Shown in pieces: positions 10,461-23,365 of a stretch of DNA of 58,745 nt. This DNA comes from Octopus bimaculoides. Lineage: Eukaryota. The number at the start of each line of letters is the position of its first letter. Within the stretch, counting starts at the first letter, position 1. The stretch lies in the NCBI RefSeq assembly GCF_001194135.2, contig NC_068982.1, forward strand, positions 9,998,766 through 10,057,510. The letters are read 5' to 3'. The notes under the pieces were generated by a model. The model saw only the letters and a list, made by a program, of their open reading frames with translations, was not told the DNA's origin and ran no database searches. The position numbers and the translations under genes were made by a program.

Positions 10461-11299
10461 TATATATACACATATATATATATATGCTTATGATTCATGT
10501 ATGTGCACATGCATACACATGAACATTAGTGTATGCTTCAGTGTGTGTATATATACATTTATCTTCGTCTTTCGATGTGTATTTGAATTCATATGACTTT
10601 ACAAATGTTGGCACATTTATTTGCTTCTGTGAAAGTGTTTGTTAACGTGGGGGCATGTGGAAGAGGTGGTTCTTGTTTTTGAATAATTGTACGTTGGCAA
10701 GGGCTTTTTTTTTTGTTTTTTTTCTTCTCAGACTATCTCAAAGATATTTAACTCTGTTTCTTGCAGCAAATGGAATATATGCCAAAACAGAGAATTCAAA
10801 GTAATCTGCCAGACTTGCTTCCTCTGATGTTGCCTTTTGATAACTACAAATTTATATTCTTTTAAGAAAAGTCAAAGATTCCTATTTCTGATTGATAATA
10901 ATTTGCTTATTGATTATTTAATAGTCATGCTTTACTTCTGCTGTTTCTCCAGATTTTCTGAACACTATGTGAATAGGTGAACATAACACCACCACCACAT
11001 CATCATCATAACCACCACCACATCATCATCATCACCATCATCAGTAGTTTAGTCTATCATAAAAGTTGTATTTTCACTCTTGGAAGTTGATAAAATAAGT
11101 ACCAGTTATATACTGAGTCTCTGCAATTTGCTGTACTCTGTCCCTATTTAGTGGTCTGACCTTAGATAAGATAAATTAGCATATGTACGTTGATAATATT
11201 AAATGCTGTCCCCTAACAAAAATCGCAAAGATTGTGATACGTTGATAAAATTGGTTTTGAATTTTTGCACAAAGCCAGAAGATTTGGGAGAGGTGTTAT

Positions 11300-11986
11300 G
11301 TCATATGGTGTAGTGGTGAAGAATGCAAGCAACTAGCCCCAAGATTCTGAGTTCAATTCCAAGCAGTGACTTGAATAATATTAATAACAATCCGGACATA
11401 GTCTTAATTGAGAAAGAAAACAAACTATGCTGGATCATAGATATAGCAAGCCCAGCTGACAACAAGGTATGCGATAAGGAAGAAAGAAAAGTCGAGAGAT
11501 ATAACAGGTTAACTTGGTAAGTTAAGTAGTTGTGGTCGATGAAAATGGTAGCAGTAGTACCAATAATTGTCAAAGCCCTGGGAACAGTGAGCAAAAATCT
11601 CGAGAAGTATGTGGAACAAATAGGGGATGCAATAAGGGTGGAACACTTGTAGAAAACAACACTGCTTGGAACTGCTTGAATACTCCGGAAGGTGCTCGAA
11701 AAATAAGAGCTGTTGCCTTACTTCACTGGTAGTGAACAGCTGACACTGTAATACATATTCAGTGTTAGAAGCTGTGCAAAGGCAATAATAATAATGATAA
11801 TAATAACAACAACATTGAAAAATACCTTAGGAATGAGAACCCAGGTTTGAAATTTCCGCAAGACACTTGATGAAGGCTGGAGGGTGTATCAGCCGAAATG
11901 TTGTGTTAACAACAAACAAGATGAGGATAAATATCTGTCAAATGTAAATAATGTACATAATTCCTCATCTCTTAAATATAGAACTG
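11300..11986 (+). mobile_element. tRNA-head plus hammerhead Penelope-derived unit, interrupted in its (AAT)n linker
   Basis: Head TGGTGTAGTGG...GAGTTCAATTCC at 11306-11360; linker split at about 11390 and 11784; hammerhead-bearing tail at 11814-11986 with C3 changed to T (TTGATGA at 11867). Confidence 0.82.
11388..11783 (+). mobile_element. RLE-type non-LTR retrotransposon 3' end (R4/Dong-like restriction-like endonuclease)
   Basis: A single frame reads NPDIVLIEKENKLCWIIDIASPADNKVCDKEERKVERY...VVPIIVKALG...KTTLLGTA*ILRKVLEK*, with four premature stops, no frameshift and a terminal TAA at 11704-11706; the PD..D..K/Y pattern is present. Confidence 0.88.
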
Positions 11987-12119
11987 TGTTATCAAATGCT
12001 GTTTATCAATTAAATACAGAACTGTATTATCAAATGTTTGTTTTATCAACCCTGAAAGTATGAAAGACAAAGTTAAACCTTGGCAGAAGAGATACAGCAA
12101 AGATATTAAATGCTACTTT

Positions 12120-12343
12120 AAAGCAGCGAGCTGGCAGAATCATTAGAGCATCGGACAAATTGCTTAACAGCATTTCTTCCAACTTTACATTTTGAGTTCA
12201 AATGCTGGTGGAGTTGACTTTGTCTTTCATCCTTTTTGGGGGGGGGGGGCGATAAAATAAGTACCAGTTATGCACTGGGGTCAATGTAATTGACTTACCC
12301 ACTCCCCTAGAAATTACTGGCCTTGTGCCAAAATTTGGAATCA
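12120..12343 (+). mobile_element. SINE-B (tRNA head GGCGAGCTGGCAGAA)
   Basis: GAGTTCAAAT B box, CTTTCATCCTTT..GGG.CGATAAAATAAGTACCAG and GGCCTTGTGCC tail. Confidence 0.85.
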
Positions 12344-15325
12344 ATTTTAAATGCTGTTCCAAACAAAAATCACAAAGATACCAGAGATAAAATGTTTATA
12401 CATTATGGCCCCTTTAATATCAGATAATTACATTTGATGATGATGATGATGATAACTGCATAAAATATATATTCAAACAAACACTTCTGAAGCTAAGTTT
12501 CTACATTCAATTTGGTCAACTAAAATTTTAACTTAATCCTTTATTCATCTCTAGCAAGAATTATAGACATTATATAACCAAATTCTTAGGTCTCAGATGA
12601 ATAGTAAAAACATCACGAAATTGAAATAAGAGCTACGTTTGTCTTCATGCATAGCAGACTTATTCAATAACTATTTTGGGACAATTTAAATAACAGACCA
12701 TTAAAATAAATTACTTTAGTATATCAAATAAAAGAATAATCAAAATTAATATGAAATAAAAGTCAGTAACTACATCAAACTCTTTAACTGAGTTTTTGTA
12801 CTTATTTTAAATTATTTTACAAATAATAAAATTTGTATTTCATTGTTTTAATATTTGCATAATTTCAGTAATGCTCAATTTGATGAATTTAAAAGTCCTT
12901 GGAGAGCAACTCTAGAAAGTAGCACTGCTAAGTTTCTCATCTGTCAAATCTCTTTTAAAATACCCTGAGGTAATGCATTCCTTAATGAATCACATTTGAT
13001 TCTAAATTAGCAAAATGATTCTAAAAGCAAATAAAAATCACTTATTAAACTCAAGTTTTCAGACTTTCACTTTATAAAATGTTATATGTTCTCTGTTTAA
13101 TAATTTTTAGTTATTTCGAAAAGTTTAAAGACAATGAATGAAAGAAACAGCAAAGTGCTGCAATAAAAGCCATATGGAATAAAATTATCAGTTCAAATTC
13201 TGTGATGGTTGACTTTGCATTTCTTTGCTTTGAGGTTACAAGAATGTGTAGCCTTGCGTAAAAGAAATTAATTCTTAAAAGTCTACATAAACTAGATATG
13301 AAAAAGATTATATCTTTTGTTTTTAGCGTCTTTATTTTCTTTGCAGAACAATAAATGATTGAATATTAAAAAAGTTTCTTCTATGATTTAAGTAAGTTGA
13401 ACTGAATTTGTTGTTCTTTCCATTTGATGATGATGATTTGAAAGAAAATAAAAAAGGATTAATGATTCCTTTTAAAATAAAAGAAAACTGGATTAATCCT
13501 TTACAGAATGTAGAAAACATTGAATTAAAATGTATCAAAGGAAAATAGATTAGTCGTGTATTTGCTTGACTTTGATTACAAATTAATTTCGCTTACAGAA
13601 ACCTAAGAGTTTGCTAATAGGAAGTCAGTATTGAATATCATACAGAATATTCATGTATGTGAGATATTGCTTTAATGAATATTACATTATAATTTCTTTG
13701 AATCAGAGAGATGGAGAGTATTGCTTCAAGGACACATGTATCAAAGACAGCGACTTCTACAACTGAAATCACTTGAGGTGAATTTAGTGGAAATCACATA
13801 ACAACCGGTTCGTGATGTAACATTTAAATACATCAATCATGTTAGACCAGCAGACACTGCAATAACTCCAGGGCATAGATGGAGGTTCTGTCAGTATATC
13901 TGTAAAACATCTGCAGAAATAGTGCTATGTCCAATGTAAGTGTTGCTAAGAACCCTGTAGCAAAAAGGGTAACTCATTAGTAGAATTTTGAATGATGGTC
14001 TTTGATCAATATTGAGAAAGTGACATTTTCAGCAGGTGTCTTTCGTACACTTATGTCTGCCTGTATTGAATATAAGCTGAAGGGGAATAATCATATTCTG
14101 AATGCATTGTAATTTATTGATGTTTCACAACTTTAAAATATTACTAATGACTTCATAAATGAGAGAGAAACAAGCACATAACAATGCTTGTTATTTTCCT
14201 GATATGAAGTACAGCATTTTCAATGGCAATACCTACTCTAGCCATGGCCATTTAAATTCTGTATCAGGTCTAAATTGATAAAGATATATTTTTCAATAAT
14301 GGCATAACAGAGCTTTACAAGATTTAATCAAAGAGTTATTGATTAACAAAAAGTGTTGACAGATTGTATAGAATATTATAAGTTTGTTTTTTGATTATTT
14401 AGCTTAAGGATAGAAAAAAGCCTTCCATCGTTTCATCCTAGTGAAGCATTCTAGAACTTTGCCAGTTTGCATTTTTTTTTTTTGAAAGCAATAAACACAA
14501 TAACATGAAAAAGATACGTTGCTCACTTAAATTTGAAGCTGAACTTCGATGAGAAATCACAATAAATTTTTAAATATCACAGGCTTCACCATAAAGCACT
14601 GTAGAAGTGAAGTACAAGTTATCAGAAAATCTTCTTTTGTAATTAAACCATTTGAAGTCAGAACCCATAGATAATAAGACCTCCAGGCAGAAAATTTGTT
14701 AGAATATGGTTGATAGTACTAACTTCCATATGTTTATGTAACAGCATTAACACTCACTTATTAACACATTTATAGATAAAGGATAGATTAGTAATACCAT
14801 AGTCCGTTTGGCATCATCAACTCTTTCCACTTTCAGAGATGAATTGACAAGTTCTGTACAAACAGAATAAAACCTTCCAGACATTTGGCAAGAGCAAAAG
14901 CTGGAATTAGATCAGACAAGTGTACCTTGATAGCAAAATTCTGCAGACCTAATCAAATCTTCTTGCCTTTATATAAGTTTAGCATTTTCAAAAGAAGAAG
15001 AAAACCAGAGAAATTAATAACAATTGGTTCCACATTGGTTTCTGTGAATAACAAAACACTCACCAATATTTTTATGTTTCATAAGTTTTCTTGATAAAAT
15101 GTAATTTAAATAATCGATTAAAAGTTTATAGAGTTATCAGAAATATTACAAATATACTGATTGTAATCATTTTCCAATATCCTATCAATGTATTTCTTTC
15201 ATTCACATGGCAGTTCATCAAAATACAAATTTCAGAAATGTAATTCAAGTTCTTTCAACAGAAATAACTTCATTTCGAATAATTAGTGATTATATTATAG
15301 ATTAGGGGCAGGACATACATATTGG

Positions 15326-15374
<49 letters not shown>

Positions 15375-16177
15375 GTATCTATGAGTATGGCTATTTGTAT
15401 TAGCCCTGATGTACAATATCTATTCAATTTGAAACATAATGGTTATGTATGTATGTTGACTCTGATATACAATATGTATCAGTATGAGCAGCCTAGGGTT
15501 ATTTATGTAAGTACTGCTGTAGCTTTGTATTAAGCCCCATAGCAGATCACATTGTTTTCTTTTAATTTCAGCAGCTGAAAAATAGCTACCACCACTAATT
15601 GAATGATTGAGAAAGATATCCATCTACCTTAACCGATATTTATATGCAGAACTTACAAGTTGTAAATGTATTCTATGATATTGCTACATAGGAAATGCTG
15701 AAGCTATTTAGAAAATTATCAAATAAAGAAATATTAAAAACACCCGCACATTACTTCCATTTACTGTTATATAAAATGAATGAGAATTTGTTAAATGTGA
15801 AATACAATCTAAATGATTGAGAGAATTATGCTTAAAGTTTAAGGTTTGAAAATAAGCAATGAATATTGCTTTACACATAATTTGGATGGGAACGGATTTA
15901 TTTTTGTTTACATTTGCTATATGTATACAATTTTCATCCTTTATGTATTTCTTTTAAGTATATGCCGAATACTGAACTAAGATTTTTGAAGATTTAAGCA
16001 ATGAAATATATTGAATAATTTATACAATAAATGTTTTCAATTTAAAGTATTTCATTTATTCCAAATAAATATTCTATATAGTTCTTTAGAAAGGTTTTTT
16101 TTTATCTTATCATTACAACTAAAATGATTGTAGCGAACTCTAGTGAGCTTCCTCTCCTTATATTACATACTTATGAA

Positions 16178-16617
16178 TGTAGCAGTTAACAACTAACCTT
16201 TGGGTGCTGTTTTGGACCTCGTTGTGTCTACCACTCTGATTGGTTGGTATTGATGCAATTTGTCTCTTACTCTATCATGCACTATTATGCAACCCAACCA
16301 ATCACAACCTTCAAATAAATCACATGAGACAGTCTTTTCCAAACAGCATTTGATCCTACCACCAGCTATAAAAGCTCACCTCCTACTAGTCTCAACATCA
16401 GTTGGTTCCCGACCTTCTAAGATCTAACCACTGACCACATTACAGCGACCTCCATCTTCATCGCCACCATCATGTCTCTCACCAACGTCATCAACATCTA
16501 CACAGCACCAACACACTACACTGGTTCTAACATATCGCTGTTCTTGAGCTTCTCACCAGGGTTAATAGCAAACATACAACCCACGCAGAGGCATGTAGAG
16601 ATATAAACAAATCTACA
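16178..16617 (+). mobile_element. Possible solo LTR with an internal Pol II promoter
   Basis: TGTAG...CTACA termini, CCAAT boxes, TATAAAAG at 16367 and TCAGTT at 16398; no target-site duplication found. Confidence 0.4.
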
Positions 16618-16644
16618 TCAACCACTGTCACTCAGCTAGTGTGT

Positions 16645-16689
<45 letters not shown>

Positions 16690-17054
16690 ACCACATTAAA
16701 TGCATTTAAAGTTATCACCATTGTTCCATGTATTTCTTTACCAATTCCTATCACAGTAAGATTACAGCCTTCTGAGCGGAGTCACATTAGATGGCATACC
16801 ACCTCTCCATCTAAATGATTGTAACCCATCAAACAGTAAAGTAACAATACAATCAGTAAAGCAATGGACAAAATTCCTAATGGTGCTTAGTTGCGAGCAT
16901 TTACAAGCCCACCAAGATTGGTTTAGTCTTTCAGTCTTCCAGAGGCAGTAAAAATAAGTATCATGAGCATACTAAGATTAGTATGGTTGACAGTAACTTT
17001 CTTCCAGATGAAGTATTGTATCTATATTTAAAATCAACATATAGAAGTACAATA

Positions 17055-17245
17055 ATCATCATTATCAAATAACATCCGTTTTCCATGTTGACATGGGTTG
17101 GACAGTTTGACAGGAGGTGTCAAGCCAGAGACTGCACCAGGCTCTAATAATCTGTTCTGGCATGATTTCCAGAACTAACATCCCTCCTAACACCAACTAC
17201 TCTACAAAGTGTACTGGATGCTTTTTTTCTGTGGAACCAGCACAG
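17055..17245 (-). mobile_element. RTE LINE 3' end
   Basis: Family tail signature. Confidence 0.78.
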
Positions 17246-18776
17246 CTGTTTTTTTTACCTGTTGTTAATAAAGGTTTTATATATATTTATTTTTTCTATT
17301 TTGGTATGAGACAAATTTTGGTAGAGAGGTGCATAACAACTGGAAAATGTTGATTTGAGTTTGAAAGGATGTGGAATGTAAACTCAGCACCAAAAGAGGC
17401 AAAATAAACTATTTTAAAGCATTCAGTCTGGTTTTCTTTTTCTCTGCATATTTATATGTGAAGTGATAAATTTCTTCCCCAAGATTTGATTGTTCAGAAA
17501 ATGTTCACAAAATATGTGAAACCAATGTACACAAAATGAGAGAAGACAACACGAGAGGGACAAGTTTTAATAAATATCGTATTAGCTTAATGCTTAAAAG
17601 AGAGGGCAAGTTTTTTGTTTTGTTTCTTTCCTTCAACCACTGTTCATCATTCTTTTCTATGTTTTTTTTCTTTTATTCTAATGAAGGATTAGTGCCCGAA
17701 ACATAAAGATTCTTGTGAGTGTTAAGTTTAATAAAATATTTCTAAAACTTGCTCCTCCTGGGTTGTCTCTTTTTATTTTGTGTTCATAGCTTTCATAATA
17801 TATTCTTAACACTTACTTAGACCTCTTATTCTTACATGTATAAATATATTTATGTCAGTATGTATCAATGCATCTGTGTATTCGTTTATTTGTGCATGTA
17901 TGCATGTGTATGTATACAGATCGTATTCACGTTTCAATCCATGGCTTTAACCACTTATCCAAAAAACAGAAGTGATGTCAATGAATATAAGAAACATGAA
18001 AGAGACACATACACACGTACGCAAATATACCGGGAAGAAATGTCACAACATTTATTCTACTTGGTGATCATTGTTAGATCCAGTAAAAGTCAACAAATGC
18101 CACTTAAAAATGTTATCAAAAAGCTCAGTAAAGTGCTTTTGTTTGTTAAAATGACACTAAGCAAACACAATTGTGAAGATTGCAGGGCATTTGGTCATCC
18201 TGACGTATTGCATTGGCTTCTGGCAGCTTTTAGCTAAACATCTGACAAATGTCATAATTCAAGTGGTTTGTTTTTCAGTTGCGTAACCTGTAAATTGGAA
18301 ATTAATTTATCAAAGTAAGTGGTAGAAAGGAATAAGAATAATCGTCTCAGAATTTCTGGTGATAAAATATGCCAGACATTTCTATCTTTTTCGTTATTCT
18401 TTCTCTCTTATACATACACATGCATACATTAACTTGCAGATGTTCATTTTGAGCATCATTACTCTCATTTAAACTAGTCTGGGCCTACTCCCCACTGTTC
18501 TTTTTCTCTTGGTTATCTATGGTGGGATCCCAGAAGCTCCAGCAAGTAATCAATGAATGTAACAAGTTTAACATAAAATAGCTATTGTTCACAGTTCATA
18601 AACAGAGAGAAATTTGAAGACATGAATAGGAACACCAATGCCCTATCCTTACCCACATCTACATCACTTCATAAAACATGTACATTGACATACATATATA
18701 TACAGAGAGAGAGAGAGAGAGGGAGCCATAGGCACAGCCTCATATACATACACACACAGACACACACACATATACG

Positions 18777-18842
<66 letters not shown>

Positions 18843-18844
18843 CA

Positions 18845-19170
18845 TACAACATCATCCTCATTCAATGTTTGTTTCCCATGCTGGTATGAGTTGGATGGTT
18901 TGACAGGTGGTCGTAAGGCCAAGAGATGCATCAGGCTCCATGTCTGTATTCACATGGTTTTACAACTGGATGCCCTTCCTAACACCAACAGCTTTACTGT
19001 GTGCCTGATGCTTTTCATATAGCACCAGCACCAACAGGGCCACCAAGTTACTTGCAAGAACAAACCCTCGGCCGTAGTAGTGAGTGGGGTAGCTTTGTAC
19101 TAGTTGACGAGAAATTAGAGGTATAAAGGGTCAGGGATAGGTGTCTTGTAGCAGAATAAATGCATGAATT
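18845..19170 (-). mobile_element. RTE LINE 3' end, diverged
   Basis: Family tail signature. Confidence 0.72.
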
Positions 19171-19459
19171 GCAATAGAATAGTAAATTTTGACATAATGT
19201 GAAATTCTGTTATATGAAACCCGTTTTCCTGTTGGTTTCCATGTTATAAATCAAAATGTCCTTCCAAATGTTTCAGTAAAATGAAAAATGTAAATCAGCC
19301 TCTTTTATGACTGAAGCTAACCCTTTTTAAAGCCAAAGGGTACAATATACACAAAAACATCTGAAAACAAATGCAATAAGTGAATAAATAAACACTTTAT
19401 TGAATGCCCAATGAGTTTACCTTCTCATTTTCATCATGGCACACAAACTACTTTACTTC

Positions 19460-19610
19460 AAAACATGTAAGGGTTGCCATGAAGAAGGACATCTGATTTG
19501 GGAATGTTGCCTCAAGAATATTTGTCCAACCCATGGCAGCATGGAAAAAAGAAGATAACCGATTGTAGAAACAAACATGTTGGAAAGGATGATGATGATG
19601 ATGATGAGGT
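19460..19610 (+). mobile_element. RTE-type 3' end, diverged
   Basis: GAAGGACATC...TCCAACCCATGGCAGCATGGAA...(GAT)n. Confidence 0.6.
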
Positions 19611-20172
19611 GTGTGTACATTTGAATGTTTATTTGTGTATAAGAATGCATGTGGATATGTTTCTGTGCTATAGAGTAGTTATATCAAGACTTGTGTTAGT
19701 AGCAAAAAAAAAAAGAACAAATAATAAAAAACTGAATAAACCATATTTATAGCCACCTTCATGAAAATTATTACAAAATATGGAGGCTTAATTATGTTAA
19801 TTTGAAATTTGTGCTCTATTTTAATTCACAGAGGTGTCTAAAATATTTCCATTCTATGAAGGGTATATTGGCTCTTAAACAGTTAGTGTCCAGTTTACAT
19901 TGAAAATCAAGATAACAGCACAATTAACTTGAAGAGATGATTTACGTTAGTGCAATTAACTGTGAACAAAGGTGTTAATTAATAAAATAGATAATTAGCA
20001 ACAAAAGAAAAACTAGTCTAAAATTTTAATTTTACATTTTAAAAATTTTGCTTGATTTTATTTTGCTCTTATCTATTTCATTAATTATATGTTATATATA
20101 CTACAAAGATTGTGTATATAAACATGCAGGGTGATTTTATCATACTTATGCTTAAATTGTTAACTTCTAATA

Positions 20173-20653
20173 CTGTAAATCCTCGAGTATAGTCTGCCCT
20201 TGGGTATAATACGCAGGGGATTTTTAGGGGGTTGTACCTCTGAAAAACCTAAACCTTGTGTATAATACGCACCCCTTCTCTAACTTGAGTCAAGGAGGTC
20301 TATATAACGTCTTTGGTTTGTAAACGTATATACGGTAACATCCTTTATTATTATTGTATATATAACATAATGCAAACGAGTAGCTTTTTTGTGCACTTTG
20401 TTTGCAGAAAATGAAGAAATAACAGTAATAACGTCAGCGAAAAATAAATATAGCTTAAGTTATGAAGCTTAAGGTATTTTCGTGCCCGACATCGCAAAAT
20501 GTGTCTGAATAAACATTGCCGGACAGCAAATAGAGACTCGGAACATTGCTTAGAAAATATTTTTCATTTTTAACCTCGTATATAGTAAGCACTAGGGATT
20601 TTGACCTTTAAATTTTGGAAAAAAAAATGCGGATTATACTCGAGGATTTGTGG
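20173..20653. mobile_element. Non-autonomous Tc1/mariner (pogo/Tigger-like) MITE, 481 bp
   Basis: TA-CTGTAAATCCTCGAGTATAGTCTGC left end versus reverse-complemented right end TA-CCACAAATCCTCGAGTATAATCCGC (20/25); TA on both flanks; subterminal GTATAATACGCA repeated. Confidence 0.85.
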
Positions 20654-20679
20654 TATGTTCTAAAGTTTAAGTGTTGAGC

Positions 20680-20850
20680 TGGAAAAAAGCTTCCTTCTGA
20701 ATTTACTTTCTGAGTTCAAATGCTGGCAAGGGTGACTGTCTTTCAGCCATTCAGAATTGATGGAATAAGTAACAGTTGAACATGGGGTCAAAGTAATTGA
20801 TTTACCCACTTTCCTGAAATTGTTGGCTATGTACCAAAATTTAAAACCAA
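20680..20850 (+). mobile_element. SINE-B, degenerate
   Basis: TTCTGAGTTCAAATGCTGG...TGGGGTCAAAGTAATTGA. Confidence 0.65.
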
Positions 20851-22571
20851 TATTCTCAAGAGTTAAAATGACAAACTAGTCACAACTTCAGATTACCAGC
20901 TTAACTCAAATCCTCTGCATACATTTCTGTGTAACTCTGAACTCCTTGTTTCTCTTTTCGTTTTTTTTTATCTAAATTAAAATTTGCCTTTTCACTTAAC
21001 ACATTAAAATAGTCTTGCCACTTAACACATTAGACATTCAAATAAGCTTGTTACTACAGAAACTAGTATAAGCACTGGCCTTATAAATACTTGAAAGTTT
21101 TGAAAATGATAAAAAAAAATTTTCTCTATAGTACTTGACATTTTAATCCCAAAAATGTAAAGGTATTTTCCTACTTTAGCAACACAAAATTAAATCTTTA
21201 AACAATAAGAAAGAAAAAAATGCAATTTCTATTTGTACAAAAGCTTACACCAACATAAATAATCCAGAAGATTTCACTATAACAATGTTAAAAACTTCTT
21301 CAAATTCAAGAATGCAAACAAGTAGATTGATTAATTTAAGTATTCTTTAAAATGCAAGGAACAATGTGTGTGTGGGGTGGGGGGGGGGGGCAAATAGGGA
21401 AAAAAATGTCTCTTAAAATTGTTTATTAAAACTAACTTTTTAAATGTTAAGCCAGAAAAGCAATCTGGTAAAAGACATTTTGATGGCATTTATTGTCATG
21501 CAACAGTAGCGTGATTCATCCAATTGTATCTGCCAGTCTTTACAACAATACAAGAATGATTCTAAATCTCTTTAACAGATGCAAACTAGAAGAAACCCTA
21601 ATTGGATTTTTAGGAACCAAATTAGTCAAATACAACAAACACAGCACATTGTTGCTAAGAGGGTTAAAAAAAAACTAATGCATTTATCTGTAAGATTTTA
21701 AAACTTTTATTATCAGGTAATATTTTCTAGAAGATGGATTTTAGAAATACACAAAGTTGCTATGGAAATAAAAGATTAATATAGAATCTGTGTAAATTTA
21801 ATTGCTCACTTTTGGAAAATACCATACTTAAAACTTCTTTATGGAAATGCACGAGTTGAAGATGGGCCTGATTAGAATAAAGAAAGTTATTAACATGTCA
21901 TTTTTCAGCTATATTTAAAGATGAACAATGTCAGTCATGAAATATTGACAAGGATTTCTGAAGTTGCTGATGAATTCAATAATTAATAGAACCACAGATT
22001 AATTTTCTTAAATTCCGAATGTTGGTTTATTTATTTTTTTATGCATGCTTAAATTTCACATTAGTTTTGTTATTTTTTTTTCTCTTCAAAACTGCCATAT
22101 ATTTATTGTATTAATGGAATTGAATTATATAATTTCAATCCATGTTATTAGATAATAAAACAGTGAGCATATGCAGGATTGCAGAAAAAATCTTAATAAA
22201 AGGGTAAATAATCTAGACATTAAAATGTATAAAAATGAATATAGCCATAATTGAATACAAGAAAAAACTAATGATTGTGCTAAATATTTGGCATTTTATT
22301 TTCAATCTACTCTCAAAAACAAATTATTTAGGTATTTAACTGTTTGAAATTTCAGTTTTAATAAACATAACAATGAACTGGCATTCAATATAAAATTCTA
22401 AGACAAAAATTATTGTAACTACCTCAAAGGTGATCAAAAATGATAACCTAAATTACAGTTTATTACATTCTTATATTATGAAAATAATTCACTGGTTAAA
22501 TAAAAGGTTTGGTAATTTGTAGTATTATGTTCAAATTCTTCCTGTAACTTTATACACACACACATTATATA

Positions 22572-22602
<31 letters not shown>

Positions 22603-23365
22603 NNNNNNNNNNNNNNNNNNNNNNNNNNNNNNNNNNNNNNNNNNNNNNNNNNNNNNNNNNNNNNNNNNNNNNNNNNNNNNNNNNNNNNNNNNNNNNNNNN
22701 NNNNNNNNNNNNNNNNNNNNNNNNNNNNNNNNNNNNNNNNNNNNNNNNNNNNNNNNNNNNNNNNNNNNNNNNNNNNNNNNNNNNNNNNNNNNNNNNNNNN
22801 NNNNNNNNNNNNNNNNNNNNNNNNNNNNNNNNNNNNNNNNNNNNNNNNNNNNNNNNNNNNNNNNNNNNNNNNNNNNNNNNNNNNNNNNNNNNNNNNNNNN
22901 NNNNNNNNNNNNNNNNNNNNNNNNNNNNNNNNNNNNNNNNNNNNNNNNNNNNNNNNNNNNNNNNNNNNNNNNNNNNNNNNNNNNNNNNNNNNNNNNNNNN
23001 NNNNNNNNNNNNNNNNNNNNNNNNNNNNNNNNNNNNNNNNNNNNNNNNNNNNNNNNNNNNNNNNNNNNNNNNNNNNNNNNNNNNNNNNNNNNNNNNNNNN
23101 NNNNNNNNNNNNNNNNNNNNNNNNNNNNNNNNNNNNNNNNNNNNNNNNNNNNNNNNNNNNNNNNNNNNNNNNNNNNNNNNNNNNNNNNNNNNNNNNNNNN
23201 NNNNNNNNNNNNNNNNNNNNNNNNNNNNNNNNNNNNNNNNNNNNNNNNNNNNNNNNNNNNNNNNNNNNNNNNNNNNNNNNNNNNNNNNNNNNNNNNNNNN
23301 NNNNNNNNNNNNNNNNNNNNNNNNNNNNNNNNNNNNNNNNNNNNNNNNNNNNNNNNNNNNNNNNN
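22603..23365. other. Assembly gap (N-run)
   Basis: Flanked by (TA)n. Other gaps lie at about 942-951, 1602-1646, 6513-6522, 30886-31534, 40082-40091, 41115-41439, 46069-46817, 50769-50778 and 56577-56671. Confidence 0.99.
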
